In this document: piece by piece, positions 42,481-50,927 of the stretch
Layout of the letters: each line of letters begins with the position of its first letter
Position numbering within the stretch: position 1 is the first letter of the stretch
The notes under the pieces: model-generated
Told to the model about the DNA's origin: nothing
Seen by the model: only the letters and a program-made list of their open reading frames with translations
Database searches by the model: none
Position numbers and translations under genes: made by a program
Source of the DNA: Candidatus Eremiobacteria bacterium
GTDB taxonomy: Bacteria > Vulcanimicrobiota > Vulcanimicrobiia > Vulcanimicrobiales > Vulcanimicrobiaceae
Direction: 5' to 3'
DNA: 64,000 nt
Assembly: GCA_963737065.1 (NCBI GenBank)
Contig: CAVTRC010000001.1
Span: 128,001 to 192,000 of the forward strand

Positions 42481-43612
42481 ATCGCGGCGGCTCGATGAAA
42501 CGTTGTTACGGTACATCGAGCGCTGGCGCAGCACGGGAGAAGCGATGACGGACGGCGAGTTCAACGATCTCGCCCTCACGATCTTTGCGTACCAGCTTCA
42601 GTACAATACGCCCTACGCGCAGTATTGCGCTTCGTTGGATGTTACGCGCGAAAACTTCCCGTCGCAATGGGAAGAAATTCCGTCGCTGCCGAGCGCCGCG
42701 TTCAAAGAAACGCGACTCGCGACATTCGATCCGCTCACCGCGGCAGCCGTCTTCGAAACAAGCGGTACGACGCGCGGCGAAGGCGGCCGGCATTATATGG
42801 AGACGACCGCAATCTACGACGCATCGTTGTTAGCAACGTTCAGCGCGTTCATGCTGTCGGATCATGCGTCGCTGCGATACCTCAACCTCGTGCCGAACCC
42901 CGCCGAGAATCCGCACTCGTCGCTCGGTTACATGATGGCGAAGGTGTCGCAGCAATTCGGTGACGGACGAACGGGCTGGTTCATCAGCAACGGCGTGCTG
43001 GACGTCGAATCACTCATCGCGGAACTGCAGACGGCCGCCGAGCGCGATCGTCCTGTGTGCATCGCAACGACGTCCTTCGCGCTCGTACATCTGCTCGACG
43101 CGCTGGAACAACGGGCGCGCTACTTCGCGCTGCCCGCCGGCTCGCGTATCATGGAAACCGGCGGCTTCAAGGGACGCTCGCGCTACGTCGATCGTTTCGA
43201 ACTGTACCGAACGACCGCGGAACGGTTGGGCACGAGGCTTGAAACGATCGTTTCGGAATACGGTATGACCGAACTCAGTTCGCAATACTACGACGACGTC
43301 TTGGTGCGGCGCGCGGGTGCGCATGGGACGGAACCCCGATATAAGACGCCTCCGCCCTGGATGCGCGCCCGCGTTGTCGGCGCGGATGGAAAGACCTTAC
43401 CGCATGGGACGGCCGGCGCGCTGGTTCACGTCGATCTCGCGAACCGTTCGTCGTGTATCGCAATCCAAACCGAAGATGTCGGTGTCGAATTCGCGCCGTC
43501 GATCTACGGGCAACGCATCGTCCTGATGGGACGCGACGCCGGCGCCTCGTTGCGCGGCTGTTCGCTCACCGCCGAGGATCTCGCCGTGCCCGATCACCGC
43601 ATCCTGCGATGA
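42461..43612 (+). CDS. LuxE-like acyl-protein synthetase (adenylate-forming)
   Basis: FAYQ...Y, FETSGTT P-loop, METGGFKG, SEYGMTELSSQ, DLAN..S..AIQTED, C-terminal RGCSL cysteine. Confidence 0.88.
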   Translation: MIAYPDESRRLDETLLRYIERWRSTGEAMTDGEFNDLALTIFAYQLQYNTPYAQYCASLDVTRENFPSQWEEIPSLPSAAFKETRLATFDPLTAAAVFETSGTTRGEGGRHYMETTAIYDASLLATFSAFMLSDHASLRYLNLVPNPAENPHSSLGYMMAKVSQQFGDGRTGWFISNGVLDVESLIAELQTAAERDRPVCIATTSFALVHLLDALEQRARYFALPAGSRIMETGGFKGRSRYVDRFELYRTTAERLGTRLETIVSEYGMTELSSQYYDDVLVRRAGAHGTEPRYKTPPPWMRARVVGADGKTLPHGTAGALVHVDLANRSSCIAIQTEDVGVEFAPSIYGQRIVLMGRDAGASLRGCSLTAEDLAVPDHRILR

Positions 43613-43718
43613 TGGGGCACCAATACACCTCCTGTGCGGTGCCTGATCACCGCATCCTGCGATGATGGGGCACGAATACACCTCCTGTGCGGTGCCCGAT
43701 CACCGCATCCTGCGATGA
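43586..43718. repeat. 2.5 tandem copies of a 53-bp unit containing a 35-nt imperfect palindrome
   Basis: Units start at 43586, 43639 and 43692: GTGCCCGATCACCGCA-TCC-TGCGATGATGGGGCAC plus (C/G)AATACACCTCCTGTGCG. Confidence 0.95.
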
Positions 43719-44935
43719 CCGCTCTTGCGGCGGTGCCGGCGCGGCGGATTATCGCGGCGGTTTCCGGCGCGGCGGCGCGGTGGGCCGACGCGGATTTTCC
43801 TCCGCGCGTGCGGGTTCTCGATTCGATCGTGAAGCGGACCGGATACTCGGTTCCCGTCGTCGAGTACGCGCTCGATCAGCTCTTCACCGCGGTGAACGCC
43901 GCTGACCTCGAAGCAACGATCGCGAACGAACTGGGATCGGTCGATATTCTGGACCGATTTGTCGAACGCACGTCGCGAAGCAAAGCGCGTGCGCGTCCGG
44001 TGGGATCGGTATGCGTCATTTCCAGCCGTACGACGATCGGCGTCGCGATCGTTCCGGCCGTCTTTGCGCTGTGCGCCAAATGCGACGTGCTCGTGAAGGA
44101 CCGCGAAGACGGCATCGTGCGCGGCTTTTTCACCACGCTGTGCGACGAGCTCGATGAGTTCGTAACCGCGGCTCGCGCCGGCGCGTGGCGCGGCGAGGAC
44201 CATGCGGTCGATCTCGCGCAGTTCGGCGTCGTCGTTGCGTTCGGCAGCGATTCGACGTTGGCGCGCATCGCGAAAAACGCGGCGCCGAGCGCGTTTATCG
44301 GCTACGGATCCAAGGCGACGATCGGGTACGCCGGCCGCGATGCGCTCTCCGATGAGGCGAACGTGAAGGCGATCGCTCAGTGCGCTGCGCGCGATCTCGT
44401 GCTCTACGAAAGCCAAGGTTGCCTGTCGTTGCATGCGCTCTTCGTAGAACACGGCGGTGCGGTAACGCCGCAGCGCTTCTGCACGCTCCTCGCCGAAGCG
44501 GTCGAACGCGCCGCGGTCGAATTTCCGCCGGGACCACGCGATGTCCGCGCCAGCGCGCGCATCGCACATGCACGCAAACTCGCCGCATTTCGCTCGGCGA
44601 CGGGCCGTGGCGCGGTTTTTTCAGACGAACGCGCAAGTTATCTCGCGGTCCTCGATCCTCCGCCGAGCGAGCCGCCGGCGTTTCTGCCGCGCGCGCTGTC
44701 GATACACACGGTGAATTCGCCGGATGATGCCGTCGCATACGTGCGCCGGCATGAACTTTCGCTTGAAGCCATCGCTGTTGCGGGCGTTCGCGATGATATC
44801 GTCGATGCGGCGCTGTCGCTCAGCGTCAATCGCATCACCGCATTCGGTGAACTGCAGCGTCCGCCGGCAAGCGGAAGCCACGGCGGACGCGCGCGCATCG
44901 CCGATTTCGTTCGCTGGGTCAGCTTCGAAACGTGA
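43715..44935 (+). CDS. LuxC-like acyl-CoA/acyl-protein reductase (ALDH fold)
   Basis: VVAFGSDSTL, GYGSK, ARDLVLYESQGCLS catalytic-Cys region, RITAFGELQRPP..SHGG. Confidence 0.85.
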   Translation: MTALAAVPARRIIAAVSGAAARWADADFPPRVRVLDSIVKRTGYSVPVVEYALDQLFTAVNAADLEATIANELGSVDILDRFVERTSRSKARARPVGSVCVISSRTTIGVAIVPAVFALCAKCDVLVKDREDGIVRGFFTTLCDELDEFVTAARAGAWRGEDHAVDLAQFGVVVAFGSDSTLARIAKNAAPSAFIGYGSKATIGYAGRDALSDEANVKAIAQCAARDLVLYESQGCLSLHALFVEHGGAVTPQRFCTLLAEAVERAAVEFPPGPRDVRASARIAHARKLAAFRSATGRGAVFSDERASYLAVLDPPPSEPPAFLPRALSIHTVNSPDDAVAYVRRHELSLEAIAVAGVRDDIVDAALSLSVNRITAFGELQRPPASGSHGGRARIADFVRWVSFET

Positions 44936-46215
44936 ACGACGAATTCGAAGCCGTGCGCGGGCCGATCCCCGGGCCGCGCACTACCGCGTTGCACGCGCAG
45001 CTCGCCGAATACGAATCGCAGAACGTCACGTATCTGAGCGATGAGTTCCCGGTTTTTTGGGAGACGGCATCGGGTTCGAGCGTGACGGACGTCGACGGCA
45101 ACCGCTATATCGATCTCACGTCGGCGTTCGGCGTTGCCAGCGTCGGTCATGCGAATCGGAGCGTGACCGCGGCCATCGCGCGGCAGGCCGCGACGCTCAT
45201 GCACGGCATGGGCGACGTGCATCCCACCGAAGTTCGTTCGCGTTTGCTCGAGCGGCTCGCGGGACTGCTTCCCACCGGACTGACCAAAACGTTTCTTGCG
45301 ACAACCGGATCCGAAGCGATCGAGGCGGCGTTGAAAACCGCGATCATGGCGAGCGGTAAGCATCGTTTCCTCGCGTATCGCGGCGCGTATCACGGGCTGT
45401 CGCTCGGTGCGCTCACCGTATGCGGGATCGACAAGTTCGTCGACCGCTTCCGCGGACTCGTTCCCGGCGTGACGACGCTGCTCCACTATCCCGACGCGCA
45501 ACGCATCACGCTCGATGAAGCAACCGCGCAACTCGAACGGGAAGCCGGAGATTGCAACGACATTGCGGCGCTCGTCGTCGAGCCGCTGCAAGGACGCGGC
45601 GGGTGCATCGTTCCGCCGGGCGGCTATCTTACAGCGCTTCGCCGCTTCTGCGACGAGCGCGGCATCATCATGATCGTCGACGAGATCTACACGGGGTTCG
45701 GCCGCACCGGCTGCTGGTTTGCGTGCGAAGCGGAAGCCGTCGTACCCGATATCGTCTGCATCGGGAAAGCGATGGGCGGAGGATTTCCGATCAGCGCGGC
45801 CGTTGGGCGGCCGGCGATTATGGACCGGTGGCCGCGTTCGTCCGGCGAAGCGCTGCACACGTCGACCTATTTAGGCAATCCGATGGGCTGTTCGGCCGCG
45901 CTCGCGACGATTGAGGAAGTGGAACGCGAGGATCTCCCGAAACGCGCGCGCGAGCTCGGCGACGTCGTCGGCTTGCAGCTCGAGCGGTTTCTGGCGCGCG
46001 AATCGGTCGTCGCGGTCCGCGGGCGCGGCATGATGTGGGGCGTCCAACTTCAGAGCGCCGAGGATGCGGGCCGCGTTGTGAAACGCGCGTTGGCGCGCGG
46101 TGTGATTCTTCTTCAATCGGGGCCGGCGGGCGACGTGCTGTCGATCACACCGCCGCTTGTTATCGATCGGCCCGTACTTTTACGTGCTCTCGACATCATC
46201 AACGAGGAACTGTGA
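44932..46215 (+). CDS. Class III PLP-dependent aminotransferase (GabT/ArgD-like)
   Basis: DVDGNRYIDL, TGSEAIE, AYHG, EPLQGRGG, DEIYTGFGRTG, GKAMGGG. Confidence 0.95.
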   Translation: MNDEFEAVRGPIPGPRTTALHAQLAEYESQNVTYLSDEFPVFWETASGSSVTDVDGNRYIDLTSAFGVASVGHANRSVTAAIARQAATLMHGMGDVHPTEVRSRLLERLAGLLPTGLTKTFLATTGSEAIEAALKTAIMASGKHRFLAYRGAYHGLSLGALTVCGIDKFVDRFRGLVPGVTTLLHYPDAQRITLDEATAQLEREAGDCNDIAALVVEPLQGRGGCIVPPGGYLTALRRFCDERGIIMIVDEIYTGFGRTGCWFACEAEAVVPDIVCIGKAMGGGFPISAAVGRPAIMDRWPRSSGEALHTSTYLGNPMGCSAALATIEEVEREDLPKRARELGDVVGLQLERFLARESVVAVRGRGMMWGVQLQSAEDAGRVVKRALARGVILLQSGPAGDVLSITPPLVIDRPVLLRALDIINEEL

Positions 46216-47246
46216 AAACATATCGCGTTGGCATCAGCGGCGCCGGCTTCGGCGTAAAAGCACATCTTCCGGCGCTGCTTGCGCATCCGCGCTTCGATGT
46301 CGTGGCCGTTGCTTCACCATCATCGGCGCAGGCCGTTGCCAAGGAACGAAACATTCCGCATGCATTCTCGAGCGCTGCTGAAATGGTCGATGGCTGCGAA
46401 CTGGACGCAGTGGTCGTCGCGTCGCCGCCGTTCGCGCATCGCGACGATGTGCTGGCGGCGCTCGACGTGCGCAAGCACGTATTGTGCGAAAAACCGTTTG
46501 CGCTCAACGTCGAGGAGGCTGAAGAAATGCTCGCGGCGTCGCTCAATGCGCAGAGCGCCTGCGGCGTCGCGCACGAGTTTCGTTTCGTACCGCAGCGTAT
46601 GGCGATCAAGCAACTCGTCGAGAATGGGCACTTGACGCCGCTTCGCGAGATCGAGATCACGCAACTCGGCACATTCTTACGATGCGACGGCACGCGGTCA
46701 CGCGGCTGGTGGTTCGAACGCCAACGCGGCGGCGGCGTTGCCGGTGCGTTGATGTCGCATGTGATCGATAGCGCGAACTGGACGATCGGACGGCCGCCGA
46801 AGTCCGTCACCGGTCTGCTCCGTACGGCGAACGCGCAGCGTACCGATGCAGCCGGCATCTTCACGAGCACCTCAGACGACGGCGCCTTCGCGTTACTCGA
46901 TTACGGCGACGGGTTGATCGGACGGCTGTCGGTGGACGCCGCTGTTGCGGTCGAATCGTTCACGCTCGCCGTACACGCCGAGAACCGCACGGCGGTTGCG
47001 AGCGGCCAAACGATCGTTGATATGACGCTGTTCTCTATCGATGATGAAGAGACGAACGAACTGGAATGCAAGCCGTCGCCGTATGCGAAGTTCAGCAGCA
47101 TCAATGCCAACGTTCCGCTGCTGATGGAACTGTACGACGAATGGATCAAGCAGATCGAAACGGGCGCCAGCGCGCTGCCGAGCTTTGAGGACGCCTTGGA
47201 AACACAACGCGTGCTGGCGGCGATCGGCTATACCGCGGCATCCTAG
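46212..47246 (+). CDS. Gfo/Idh/MocA family oxidoreductase
   Basis: GAGFG Rossmann loop, KHVLCEKPFA, GGG....SHVID; GTGA overlap with the aminotransferase. Confidence 0.93.
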   Translation: MKTYRVGISGAGFGVKAHLPALLAHPRFDVVAVASPSSAQAVAKERNIPHAFSSAAEMVDGCELDAVVVASPPFAHRDDVLAALDVRKHVLCEKPFALNVEEAEEMLAASLNAQSACGVAHEFRFVPQRMAIKQLVENGHLTPLREIEITQLGTFLRCDGTRSRGWWFERQRGGGVAGALMSHVIDSANWTIGRPPKSVTGLLRTANAQRTDAAGIFTSTSDDGAFALLDYGDGLIGRLSVDAAVAVESFTLAVHAENRTAVASGQTIVDMTLFSIDDEETNELECKPSPYAKFSSINANVPLLMELYDEWIKQIETGASALPSFEDALETQRVLAAIGYTAAS

Positions 47247-47286
47247 AACGGCGGCCGGTTTTCCTCGCCGATGCCGTGTGCCGCGA

Positions 47287-48555
47287 CTATGTGAGCCGTT
47301 CGCTGAGCGGCGTCCGTAATTCGTGCCAAAACAGGCCGAGCGCCATGACCGTTGCGCGCCGTTGGATCGCATCGCGATCGCCTAAAAAGGTATACGAACG
47401 CGCGGTCACGCGCTGCGCATCCGCGATGCCGAACCACACGAGCCCTACCGGCTTGTCGTCTGTACCACCGGCCGGACCGGCGACGCCGGTCGTCGACATG
47501 CCATACGTTGTCCCGAGCCGCATGCGAACGCCGCGCGCCATTTCGATCGCGGTTTGCTCGCTGACCGCGCCGTAACGAGCGAGCGTCTCTTGCGAAACGT
47601 TCACTTCACCGACTTTCACGGAATTGTCGTACGCGACGACGCCGCCCCAAAACGTTTCCGATGACCCGGGAAGACGCGTAAACGCTGAGGCGATGCGACC
47701 GCCTGTGCACGATTCAGCGGTAGCAACCGTTGCGCCGCGATTGCGCAGCAACTCCGCAACTGCCGATTCGATCGTCGCCTCGCCAGTACCGAACACGAAG
47801 CCTTGCAGACGCTCTTCGATCCGTTGCTGCAGCGGTGCAATCATCGTTTCAGCTTCGGCCGCTGACGTGGCTTTCACCATGATCTTCACGTCGCATATGC
47901 CTTCGTGCGCGAGCACGGCGATCTTCGGGTTCTCGCCGGCGCGAAAGAGGTCGCCGATGCGATGATCGATCTCGGACTCGCCGATGTTGATCGTGTGTAC
48001 GACGCGCGTAAAAATCGCGGCGCGCAGCTCGTACCGTTCGCGCAAAAAGGGGATGAGGTGCTCGGTCAACATCGGTTGCATCTCGCGCGGTACGCCGGGC
48101 ATCGATGCAACGAACTTTCCCGACGAAGCGAACGCAACGAACCCAGGAGCCGTGCCTCGAGGATTTTTCAGCACAAAACTCCCGCGAGGCACGTCGGCTT
48201 GTTTGCGATTGTTCTCGCGCATCTCCCGCCCGCTCTTTGCAAAGAAATCTTTCATCTGGCGCAGCGAACGTTCGTCCGGCACGGTGTCGACGCCGAGCGC
48301 ATCGCACACTGCCTCTTTCGTCAAATCATCCACGGTCGGTCCCAGTCCGCCCGTGGTGATGACGCCGTCGACGCGACCCAGCGCCGCCCGCAACGCGTTT
48401 GCGATACGAACGCGATTATCACCAACCGCATGCGTGCCCAATACATCGATTCCGGCGTTCGCGCAGTGACGCGCGACAAACGCGGTGTTCGTATCCGCCA
48501 ACTGCCCCAGCAGCAGCTCGGTGCCGACCGCGACGAGTTCAACCGCGAGCGACAC
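47287..48555 (-). CDS. cinA: CinA (molybdopterin-binding domain + PncC NMN deamidase)
   Basis: VGTELLLG...DTN, TGGLGPTVDDLT, PGVPREM, AESCTGG, TGVAGPAG. Confidence 0.95.
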   Translation of the reverse strand: MSLAVELVAVGTELLLGQLADTNTAFVARHCANAGIDVLGTHAVGDNRVRIANALRAALGRVDGVITTGGLGPTVDDLTKEAVCDALGVDTVPDERSLRQMKDFFAKSGREMRENNRKQADVPRGSFVLKNPRGTAPGFVAFASSGKFVASMPGVPREMQPMLTEHLIPFLRERYELRAAIFTRVVHTINIGESEIDHRIGDLFRAGENPKIAVLAHEGICDVKIMVKATSAAEAETMIAPLQQRIEERLQGFVFGTGEATIESAVAELLRNRGATVATAESCTGGRIASAFTRLPGSSETFWGGVVAYDNSVKVGEVNVSQETLARYGAVSEQTAIEMARGVRMRLGTTYGMSTTGVAGPAGGTDDKPVGLVWFGIADAQRVTARSYTFLGDRDAIQRRATVMALGLFWHELRTPLSERLT

Positions 48556-49150
48556 GCGGGCGCAATCCTTCCAATTCGTCCTCAAACCATTGGGGATACG
48601 AGAACGTCACCGCAACGTCGAAGCCGTCCGCCGCGTCGATCATGGCCTTGCGGCGAACGCCGCTGTTTTCGGCTCCGGGATGGGCGCGTTTTATTCTCGT
48701 TTTTTGCGTCCCCAAACATTCGATGAAACGGGCGAACGTCGCATCCATCGCCGCCTGAAGGCGCGACTTCAGTCGCTTGCCGACGCGCGGCGCAAGCCCC
48801 GTCGTCGAGATTGCGACACGCACCGGCCCCGCTTTTGCGATGGCCGCCATCGCGACGAATCCGTGCTGCGGCTGATCGATGCAGCACAACAAGAACCGGT
48901 GCCGGTCGGCGAGCTTGCGCAACCGAGCGGACAGCTCTTCATTCTGCGGGGTGGAGATCACAAAAAATGCGTCCACTACATCGTCATCGCGCAACGCATC
49001 CGGCTTGGTGATCCAGCGGACGACCGCACCCGATTCGCGCAGCGACGTTTCTTTTTCGATCGCTTCGCGGTCGTCGCGCTCGCCGATCACGACGCAACGA
49101 CGCCCCACGAGATTGAGGCTCACCGGAAAGAAAACGCCTTGGTCCAGCAT
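48539..49150 (-). CDS. SirC/CysG-N (precorrin-2 dehydrogenase)-like protein with degenerate NAD-binding loop
   Basis: FFPVSLNLVGRRCVVIG, D.P...F, GPVRVAISTTGLAP. Confidence 0.8.
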   Translation of the reverse strand: MLDQGVFFPVSLNLVGRRCVVIGERDDREAIEKETSLRESGAVVRWITKPDALRDDDVVDAFFVISTPQNEELSARLRKLADRHRFLLCCIDQPQHGFVAMAAIAKAGPVRVAISTTGLAPRVGKRLKSRLQAAMDATFARFIECLGTQKTRIKRAHPGAENSGVRRKAMIDAADGFDVAVTFSYPQWFEDELEGLRPRVARG

Positions 49151-49152
49151 AT

Positions 49153-50010
49153 TCAAAAATCCACCGGGCGGAGGTAGAACTCGTTGATGGCGGTGTTCGT
49201 GAGCATGGCGGTCGTCGGTAGATGGCGTTTCCAATGCGTGGAGTCCACGCGCCGACGAACGATGGCGACGTCGCGCTCCTCGAAGCCGCGTTCGACGAGT
49301 TGCGCGTCGCTGTAGCCGAGAAGCATCTGCGCGAGAATCGCATCCGCTTGCGCGTACGTGATGCCGAGATCGCCCTCGTCGGTTTGATTCGCTTCCAGAT
49401 CCGCACTCGGCGCTTTTTCGATCAGCGATTCTGGAACACCGAGGTAACGCGCCAGATCCCATACCTGCGTTTTAAAAAGATCGCCGAGCGGATTCACCGG
49501 CGGCGTGTCGTCGGCATGCCAGGTGAAATACCCTAAGAGCCGTTCGGTTTTATTGCCGGTTCCGATCGGGAGTGCGTCGAGCTTCGCCGACTGATCGAAG
49601 AGGACGAGCATACGCGTGCGGGCCATGACGTTTCCGCGCCGCCGCGCGTCAGCGTCCGGCTCAAATTGCAAATATCCATCGACCGCTCCGGTAATTTCGA
49701 TTGTCCGGCAATGAATGCCGAGCGCATCGACGACGAGCTGCGCGTCGGAAAGGCTCGCGGAACTCGACGTACGGTACGGCATCCGAAACGCGTGCACGTT
49801 ATCCGGCCCGAGCGCGCGCGCGCAGAGAAACGCCGTGACGGCCGAATCGATTCCGCCGGAGAGACCGACGACCGCACCATGGATCTTGCGACGCGCGATC
49901 AATTCGTCGTGCAGAAACGCAACAAGCCAACGCGTTGCCAGTTCGCCGTTGATCCGCGGACCGTCCAGAACGCCGTCCAATGTCGCGCGCACTTGTACGA
50001 GCGGCTTCAT
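49153..50010 (-). CDS. nadE: NAD+ synthetase (synthetase subunit)
   Basis: GLSGGIDS, GNVMARTRM, GNKTE..LGYFT, PLGDLFKTQV, PSADL. Confidence 0.96.
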   Translation of the reverse strand: MKPLVQVRATLDGVLDGPRINGELATRWLVAFLHDELIARRKIHGAVVGLSGGIDSAVTAFLCARALGPDNVHAFRMPYRTSSSASLSDAQLVVDALGIHCRTIEITGAVDGYLQFEPDADARRRGNVMARTRMLVLFDQSAKLDALPIGTGNKTERLLGYFTWHADDTPPVNPLGDLFKTQVWDLARYLGVPESLIEKAPSADLEANQTDEGDLGITYAQADAILAQMLLGYSDAQLVERGFEERDVAIVRRRVDSTHWKRHLPTTAMLTNTAINEFYLRPVDF

Positions 50011-50927
50011 GCGCGTCCTTTCGGCAGCGGTAGCTCTTCATCGAGAATCAAATCGGGGAGCACCGCACTCAGATCGCCGAGCAGCGGAAGGCTCGCGCGC
50101 GCGAGGTCACCTTCACGCGGATCGATGAAACCGCGCACGACACATTCGCCGATGGCCGGAGCCTCGACTTGCATGCGTCCCCACGGATCGATCACCGACG
50201 ACGATCCCGTCATTCCTTTGCCGCCTTCGAAACCCGTTAGGCCGGCGTAGAGCACGTAGACGCCGTGTTCTGCCGCAATCGCGCGCAGCAGTTCGCGCCA
50301 GCGCGTAATCGACGTCAGCTCTCGGTCGCCGTCGATTCCGCGTCCGGGTGACGCCGACGGAACGATCAGGATGCGGGCGCCCTTCACCGCGGCGATCGTC
50401 GGCATGATGGCGTGCCACGAATCTTCGCAGATCAACATCGCGGCGCGGCCAAGGGACGTTTCGAACACCGAGAGCCGGCGGCCGCGCGAGAGAAAACGCT
50501 CCTCGTCGAAAACACCGTACGTCGGCAAAAACATCTTTCGGTGCACGTGCACGATCTCGTGCGTGTTGGCGCGCACGCGGATATAGAGCGAGCTATTGTA
50601 GTACGTCCCGCCGTCGTTTTCGTAGAACCCGCAGCAGAGCTCGACCGGCGTATCGCCCGCGCCGTCGTGCCACGCGCGCGCCAAGTCGGCGGCGAAGCGC
50701 GACGCGGGAAGTGCCAGATCGTACACCGCTCCTTCCAAGAAGTATCCGGTCGTCGCGGCTTCGGGAAGGACGACGATATCAGGTGAATCGCCGTTGCTCA
50801 GCAGCTCCGCGAACGTCTGGGCAATGTTCGCGAGATTTTCCGTGTAACGGCCTTTCACCGGCTGCACTTGTACGATGGCGACGTCGCCCGTACGCGGCGT
50901 GCCCCCGACGTTAACCGGCGGTTCCAC
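50007..50927 (-). CDS. Nitrilase-family C-N hydrolase, probable glutaminase subunit of NadE
   Basis: E-K-C triad: LPEAA, HRKMFLPTYGVFDEER, LICED; ATGA-coupled to nadE. Confidence 0.9.
   Translation of the reverse strand: MEPPVNVGGTPRTGDVAIVQVQPVKGRYTENLANIAQTFAELLSNGDSPDIVVLPEAATTGYFLEGAVYDLALPASRFAADLARAWHDGAGDTPVELCCGFYENDGGTYYNSSLYIRVRANTHEIVHVHRKMFLPTYGVFDEERFLSRGRRLSVFETSLGRAAMLICEDSWHAIMPTIAAVKGARILIVPSASPGRGIDGDRELTSITRWRELLRAIAAEHGVYVLYAGLTGFEGGKGMTGSSSVIDPWGRMQVEAPAIGECVVRGFIDPREGDLARASLPLLGDLSAVLPDLILDEELPLPKGRA

Noticed and set aside
43586..43718. CRISPR array (palindromic repeats with intervening sequence)
   Set aside because: The 18-nt intervening segments are near-identical rather than unique spacers, there are only 2.5 units, and no cas genes are present.
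42461..44935. Bioluminescence lux operon
   Set aside because: No luxA, luxB, luxD or luxG; the neighbours are an aminotransferase and an oxidoreductase.
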